Shown piece after piece: positions 52,431-64,000 of a DNA stretch of 64,000 nt. Source of the DNA: the human T2T-CHM13v2.0 reference genome, Homo sapiens. The translations under genes were made by a program, and so were the position numbers. The stretch lies in NCBI RefSeq assembly GCF_009914755.1, contig NC_060936.1; one strand, 5' to 3'. Numbering within the stretch: the first letter of the stretch is position 1; every line of letters starts with the position of its first letter. The notes under the pieces are model-generated. The model worked only from the letters and a program-made list of their open reading frames with translations. It did not search any database and was not told the origin of the DNA.

Positions 52431-52478
52431 GTGAGTGCCTGCCATAGGAGAGAAGATCCCTCAAAAAGAGGAATTCAG

Positions 52479-52628
52479 GGCTGGATGCAGTGGCTCCTGC
52501 CTGTAATCCTAGCACCTTAGGAGGCTGAGATGGAAGGATTGCTTGAGCCCAGGAGGTCAGGACTGCAGTGAGCCAAGGTCACACCACTGCACTCCAGTCT
52601 AGGCAACAGAATGAGACCCTGTCTCAAA

Positions 52629-52667
<39 letters not shown>

Positions 52668-52685
52668 GCAAGCAAATAAATAAAT
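52479..52685 (+). mobile_element. Alu monomer (FRAM/FLAM-like) with (AAAT)n tail
   Basis: TSD aggaattca. Confidence 0.85.
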
Positions 52686-53343
52686 AGGAATTCAAGAATT
52701 GAGATCATCTGTGTGGGTATTGAGAATGCCAGGAATTAAGACCAGAAATTCTAGAGATGATGGCAATGGCAATGAGAAATGAAGGGGAATGAGTTGGTGT
52801 TTGCTACATAACAGTAACAGTGCTGGATAGCGGATGATAGAATCTGATGACATGAGGTTTAAAGCACAGAATTTTTAGAGAGGAGAGAAGGAGAATGCTC
52901 TGAAAGCAGCCACGTGGAGCAAAAGCGGCGTCTGTCTCACCTCACTTTCCAGCCATGTGGAGCAAAAGGGGCATCTGTCTCAGGCCCAGTGGCATGGGAG
53001 TGAAATAGCACTTCAGAGAGTTGCAGGGGAAACAGTGTCCCCAAGGGAGAGTCAGGTTTCTGTTAAAGGAAGGTGCATTATGCACATCTGTGAAATTATC
53101 ATGACTGCTGTCATCCCATCTGCTCATAGAACCAGTGAATATTGATTGGTCATAAAATGCAAGCATTATTTTAAGGAGCATGGACATTTAATTTCTCTTT
53201 TAAGGACTGGAAATAATTTTTTCCATGATTTGGAAAGTGATATTATATTTGTCAATGAGAAATAATGTAATAGCTTTTTAATAGTTCACAAAATGATGTC
53301 AGTTGCTCTTTATTCAAAAATATCTTTAGCCTTTTTGAGGTTA

Positions 53344-53693
<350 letters not shown>

Positions 53694-53782
53694 GCATATT
53701 TAAATATTCCCAGAATCCAAATGTTGAACATCATTTGGACACAGCTTCAAAATGGTACCAATTCTTTTAATTTGTGACTGCT

Positions 53783-55079
<1,297 letters not shown>

Positions 55080-55287
55080 TGACTGCTTTATTTCTGCATT
55101 AGACAATAAGAAGGGGCCGAAACTTCTGGCCTGATATGACAGTGACATCAACCTCTTGTGTAGTAGCCTGTCATTAAGCCAGCGCCAAATGGAAAATTAA
55201 ATGGAAAATGGCAGAGAGCATTGCCCAGGACATAATGTAGAAATGGCAACTCTGGCACTGACATAGGTTTAAAAAAATTATGTTTTA

Positions 55288-55562
<275 letters not shown>

Positions 55563-55714
55563 GTAGGCTTACACATATTCCCTTTACTGTTTTTCAAGGT
55601 CATTACATTTTTATCTGTTATTGTTCACCATTTAAAAATAAGCAGTGGAAAGCAGCCTACTTTTTAAAATGCGGAACTCGTATGGTGTACTTAGCATATA
55701 TATAAGGATTTCTG

Positions 55715-55800
55715 TCCTCTCTCTTGCCTCCCTCCCTCCCGTTCTTCCCCCTTCCTCCTCCTTCCTTCCTTCCTTCCCTCCCTCCCTCCCCTTTCCTATC
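55715..55800 (+). repeat. Polypyrimidine (CCTT/CCCT) tract
   Basis: Directly visible. Confidence 0.85.
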
Positions 55801-56536
55801 TTCTGAGTAGGGTCAAACACCAGTTCTCTACTTCTCGGACCATAAGAATAAAGATCTGTGCACAATCCATTTTGTACATATTGATTCTTGGACTAAAAAT
55901 AGCTCAATTTGGTTTCAAACTTTTTCTCCCACCCTAAGTTCAGGTTTTGTTCCTTGTGCAGCCTGGTAGGCGGGCAAGTAATGCATAGTCAGCATTCCAT
56001 CTGGGATGCTTACTGGACAATTTTAATCTTTTTTTTACGTCTTGACCTCTATTTCCAAAGAGCATCCCAGTTGGCAGGTCTAGCCTGATTAAGATTCTGT
56101 TCAGGCATTTAATTCTCCTAAGGGAATTTACAGATTAATCTAAAAATCAAGGATACCAGAATCTACTCAGGACTTAACTTCTTGAAGGTTATAGGAAACA
56201 TATACTTGAGCAACCTAATGAATGAGCTTAGTGATATCGTAATGAATTTTTATATATACCTCAAATTACACTTTTTAATGCATATCCAACAAAAATATTT
56301 TTAAAAACAAATACTGTAGACCTAACTGGATTAGCTGTATTAGTAGATCCAAATTTAACTTTCAATTTGAATTAAGTTAGAACACTATGGATCTCATAAG
56401 GCAGGCTATATATTGATTACCTAGTTAGCCAGCTTCCATATCACCACTTGTTCAGGAACATTAAAAGTACTTTTTTAGAAATAGTTTTCTGATATATTTT
56501 TGGTTTCACTAAGACAGCTTTTTAAAAAGCAAAATT

Positions 56537-56856
56537 AGGCAGGGCGTGGTGGCTCACGCCTGTAATCCCAGCACTTTGGGAGGCCGAGGCGGGCAGATCA
56601 CCGGAGGTCGGGGGTTCAAGACCAGCCTGATCAACATGGAGAAACCCCATCTCTACTAAAAATACAAAATTAGCCAGGTGTGGTGGCTCATGCCTGTAAT
56701 CCCAGCTACTTGGGAAGCTGAGGCAGGAAATCACTTGAACCTGGGAGGCGGAGGTTGTGGGGAGCCAAGATCGCACCACTGCGCTTTAGCCTGGGCAACA
56801 AGAGCAAAACTCCGTCTCAAAAAAAAAAAAAGAAAGAAAGAAAGAAAGAAAGAAAA
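56537..56856 (+). mobile_element. Alu
   Basis: Full Alu. Confidence 0.95.
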
Positions 56857-56879
56857 GCAGAATTATAACTAAACACCAC

Positions 56880-57219
<340 letters not shown>

Positions 57220-57874
57220 TGAGGCTATCACAATATATACTATTCTCCAGCCTACAGTAGATTATAGACATCTAGAATATAAAAATTTGTTTCCTGATAG
57301 GCTTGGCACACAATATTCCTACAGTCCTTTGAAAACACACATATTAACAGAGTGACAATATTTACAGGCAGAATTACTCATGTGTCTTATTGTAGCTTAC
57401 AGGAGAGTGTGTCTGTCTAAGAATGGGGTAGAGGTTGGTTTGTAAAAACAGGTGTCCCACAAGCTTTCTTGGATAGTTAACTCAGTAGTTAGAATGAAGG
57501 ATGTAAAATAACCTGTCAGGATAACACCTGCTCTCTTGCCCTCAACAATTAATGATAATGAAACTAGGCCTGAAGAGGAATAAAAATCTTGTATCATCTT
57601 TGAATTAGTCTTTTGTTGGTCGTGCGTTCCAATGAAATGATGTTTCACAACCTTTTCTTCATTATCATCTCTGAAAAGATCCTTTATGGCTATTTTTTTT
57701 TCCTAGTTGCCACAAAATTAAACACAGGCATACTGTGTCTTACTGTGCTTTGCTTTCTTGCTCTTGGAAGATATTGTGGGTTTTTTTTTTACAAATTGAA
57801 GGTTTGTGGCACCCCTACATTGAGCAAGTCTACTGGGACCATTTTCTTTTCAACAGCATATGCTCCTTTTATGA

Positions 57875-58218
<344 letters not shown>

Positions 58219-58282
58219 CAAACTTTTTCATTATTGTTATATCTGTTATGGTGATCTGTGATCACTGTCTTTGGTGTTACTA

Positions 58283-58728
<446 letters not shown>

Positions 58729-59090
58729 CTATTCCATGAGACACAACAATATTGAAATTAGGCCAACTAATAGCCCTACAATGGCTTCTACATGTTCAAG
58801 AGAAAGGAGGAGTTGCACATCTCTCACTTTAAATCAAAACATAGAAATGATTATGCTTAGTGAGGAAGGCATGTTGAAAGCCTAGATAGGTCAAAAGCTA
58901 GGCCTATTGTGCCAAACAGCCAAACTGTGAATGCAAAGGAAAAGTTCTTGAAGGAAATGAGGAGTGCTATTCTGTTGAACACACAAATGATAAGAAAGTG
59001 AAACAGCCTCATTGCCGATATGCAGAAAATTTGAGTGGTTCTAGATAGAAGATCAAACCAGCCATAACATTCCTTTAAGCCAAAGTCTAA

Positions 59091-59400
<310 letters not shown>

Positions 59401-60347
59401 ACCAAACCCTAATTCAGAGCAAGGCCCTAACTCCCTTCAATTCACTGAAGGCTGAGAAAGGTGAGGAACTTGCAGAAGGAAAGCTTGAAGCCAATGGGTT
59501 GGTTCATGAGGTTTAAGGAAAGACACCATCTTCATAACATAAAAGGGCAAGTAAACAGCAAGTGCTGATAGAGAAGCTGCAGTAAGTTATCCAGAAGATC
59601 TAGCTGAGATCATTGGTAAAGCTGGCTTCACCAAATAACAAATCTTCAAATGTAGATGAAACGACTTTGTATTGGAAGAAGATGCCTTCAGGCTAGGACT
59701 TTCATAGCTGGAGAGGAGAAGTCAATGCTTCAAAGTTTCAAGGGACAGGCTTTTGTCCCTTGGGCTCTTGTTAGGGGCTAATACAGCTTGTGACTTTGAG
59801 TTGAAGGCAATGCTCATTGAACATTCTAAAAATCCTAGGGCCCTTAAGAATGATACTAAATGTACTCTACTTGTACTCTATTAATGAAACAACAAAGTCT
59901 GAATGACAGCACGTCTGTTTATAGAGTGGTTTATCAAACGTTTAAAGCCTGCTGTTGAGACCTACCACTCAGAAAAAAAGGTTCCTTTCAAAATATTACT
60001 GCTCATTGACAGTGTACCTGGTCACCCAAGAGCTCTGAAAGTATAAGGAGATGACTGTTGTTTTCATACCTGCTAACACAACATCCACTGGGCAGCCAAT
60101 GGATCCAGGAGTCATTTTGACTTTCAAGTCTTATTATATAAGAAATACATTTTATAAAGATATAGCTGCTGTAGATAGTGATTCCTCTGATGGATCTGGG
60201 CAAAGTCTATTGAAAACCTTCTGGAAAGGATTCACAATTCTAGATACTGTTGGGAGGAGGTCAAATTATCAACATGAACAGGAGTTTCGAAGAAGTTGAT
60301 TCCAAACCTCATGGTGACTTTGAGGGCTTTAAGACTTCAGTAGAGCA

Positions 60348-60462
60348 GGCTGGGCATGGTGGCCTATAATTCCAGCCCTTTGGAAGGCTGAAGCGGGTGG
60401 ATCACAAGCATAGAGTTCAAGACCAGCCTGGGCAACACAGTGAGACCCCCATCTCCTAAAAA
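60348..60462 (+). mobile_element. Alu left monomer (FLAM-like)
   Basis: Flanked by duplicated ttaagacttcagtagag. Confidence 0.85.
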
Positions 60463-60883
60463 GGATTTTTTTTTAAGACTTCAGTAGAGGAAGTACTCGT
60501 AAATATGGTGGAAATAGCAAGAGAACTAGCATTAAGAATGAAGCTTAAAGATGTGACTGAATTGCTGTAATCTCATGATAAAACTTGAATGGATGAGGAG
60601 TTGCTTCTTATGGATGAGCAAAGGAAATGATTTCTTGGGAGGGAATCTATTCCTGGAGAAGACACTGTGAAAGTTGTCGAAATGACACCATAGGATTTAG
60701 AATATCCCATAAACTTAGCTGATAAAGCAGGGGCAGGCTTTGAGAGGATCGACTGCAATTTTGAAAGAAGTTGTACCATGAGTAAAATGCGATCAAACAG
60801 CATTGCATGCTTCAGAGAAATCTTTCTTCACAAAAGGAACAATTGGTGCAGCAAAATTAATTTTCTTATTTTAAGAAATTGTC

Positions 60884-61787
<904 letters not shown>

Positions 61788-61819
61788 TCACGATCGTTAG
61801 CGTTTTTTAACACTCAAGT

Positions 61820-62128
61820 GTTTTTGGTTTTGTTTTTTGAGTTGGAGTTTTGCTCTTGTTGCCCAGCCTGGAGTGCAACAAGAGCTGGCATGATCTCAGC
61901 TCACTGCAACCTCTACCTCCTGGGTTCAAGTGATTCTCCTGCCTCAGCCTCCCAAGCAGCTGGGATTACAGGCATGCACCACCACACCCGGCTAATTTTG
62001 TATTTTTAGTAGAGATGGGGTTTCACCATGTTGGTCAGGCTGGTCTCAAACTCCCAACCTCAAGTGATCTGCCCGCCTCATCCTCCCAAAGTGCTGGGAT
62101 TACAGGCATGAGCCACCATGCCTGGCCC
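61820..62128 (-). mobile_element. Alu
   Basis: TSD cactcaag. Confidence 0.93.
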
Positions 62129-62436
62129 ACTCAAGCATTTTTTAATTAAGGTATGTATTTTTTAGATATGGTATTGAACACTTAAGAGACTACAGTATAG
62201 TGTAAACATAACTTTTGTATGCACTAGAAAATAAAAATTTCATGTGACTCACTTTTTTGAGATATTTGCTTTATTGCAGTGGTCTGAAACCAAACCTGTA
62301 ATATCTCCAAGATATGCCTGTACTGAAGAGTAAGATTTTGTCAGTTAGAGTTTAATCTTGGAAAGACTACAAACCACTGTAATAACCTAAGCATTATTTG
62401 ATTCCCCAAGGACCAATTTTCACCCCTTTGGGGGCC

Positions 62437-62938
62437 ATATTAATTTTTTATGGCTGCTATACCAAAGTACTATGAATTTTATGGCTGAAAACAGCACGAA
62501 CTTATTCCCTTGTAGTTCTAGAGGCCGGAAATGCAGTTCACTGGGGGTAATGTCAAGGTGTAGGGCCATACCCCCAGGAAGGCTCTGGGGAAGCGTACAT
62601 TTCCTCTTCCAGCTTCCATCTTTTTCTGGCTTCCAGACTTGCATTCTGTGTGTTCACTGACTCATGTCTGCTTCCTCCATCTTTCAAAGCCAGCAGCCGT
62701 GTAGCATCTTGTTTCAATGTCACGTTGCCTTTTTCTTCTGTCAAGTCTCCCTCTGCCTGCCTCTCATGAGGACAGTGTGATTACACTTAGGGTCTACCTT
62801 GCTAATTCCGGATAATCTCTGCATCTCAAAATCCTTAATTTAATCGTATCTGCAAAGCTTGTGTTACCATATAAGGTAAGAGTCACAGGTTCCCAGGATT
62901 AGGAACTGGATATCTTTGGGGACCAATACTCAGCCACA
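62437..62938 (-). mobile_element. MaLR LTR (MLT1C/D-like)
   Basis: ggctgctataccaaagtac..tagttctagaggccggaa..ttaatttaatcgtatctgcaaag motifs. Confidence 0.75.
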
Positions 62939-64000
62939 GAGGTGATACCACTCCCCACCCCTTAAAAATGCATGTTCTACACCAGTAAGGAAGAAAGAAA
63001 ATAAGAAAGAAGAGTAAAAGATAATAAATATGTAACTTTGGCTACAAATGAATTCTTTATTATATCTCATTCTATTTGGGGCACTTGCTATTAGAACAAA
63101 GAGAGAAGATATATTTAAAATTAATAGGATTCAGAAGAGTAGAGTTGATGATGTTCACCTCATTGCGATGTACTCACCCATTCATTTATTTTGCATTACC
63201 CTTCCTGCCTGGGGCCAGTCAGCAGAGGAGGGCAGTGAGTCACTCCAAGGTCAGACAGTATTATTACCCTCTTATTGTGATGGGCAAATCCACCATTAAG
63301 CTTCAGATTGAGAGAAACACCATTGAGTTGGCAAATGCTTTCGATGTGTACGTGCAGAAAGTCATATGTATCTACAATTTTCCAGACAGCGGCAAAGAGA
63401 AATGGAAACTCTGTGCTGTATTTTAATTGGCTGCAAAATGTTTCCTTCAGAAATTACCATTCCATTAAGCACCTACTCTGTGCAAACGCTTTGCAAACAC
63501 TGCTGGGAATAGCTGCATGTATAAGGGCATGCCTACCTTTATTAGACTGTTCAGGGGAATAAAATGAAGTTACAATTTATTCTAATACTAGAATGCAGTT
63601 CTCTCCCCATGGACTGCACCTTTCAGGATAGTGGCCTGAATCAGAGCAGAAAACACCTGCTGGATATCCTCCAAGTACACAGTCTGATTAGTGCCCTCTG
63701 GGAAACATGGAGGCAGATACTACTTGGCTCTCCAGCCTAAGGGAAGTATTATTAATTAAAAACTTAAAGCCAGGTTCTTCTCTGTGTATGGTTATGCATG
63801 TCCTAGATGGCCTTGAAATTGATCTGTTCTCCATTAGCAATCTGTGAATTGTACTCCTGTCTGAAATTGAGTAGAGGTCAGAGCTATGAAGGTTGAATTC
63901 AACAAGAATTTTTATGAAGTATAACTAGAGTTAGTGCTCTGCTCTAACTGCTTTTGGAGACAGACTTTCCCCAGTGTATCCCATCAAATCACAGACTAAA

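Overview
Primate (most likely human) intronic DNA from the BICD1 locus (+ strand). It holds one 213-nt coding exon (38474-38686, BICD1 residues ~72-142, exon 2) flanked by the 3' part of intron 1 and the 5' part of intron 2. The rest is dominated by transposed elements: ~45 Alus, an old fragmented L1M, two young 5'-truncated L1PA copies in inverted orientation, three Tigger1 copies, solo LTRs, and MIR/L2/MER remnants. There is also an antisense processed WBP2 pseudogene (~48660-50420). Almost all ORF-track entries are Alu/L1/Tigger artefacts. I see no new multi-gene system. The most notable observations: (i) an L1 with a 3' transduction inserted into an Alu's target-site duplication; (ii) an apparent gene-conversion tract between the two inverted L1s; (iii) a recursive-splice-site motif plus a candidate poison exon at the L1/Alu/WBP2-pseudogene junction; (iv) a ~108-nt hairpin carrying a perfect CRE; (v) several fold-back/template-switch scars. 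Repeat subfamily names and most repeat boundaries are from recall and approximate.
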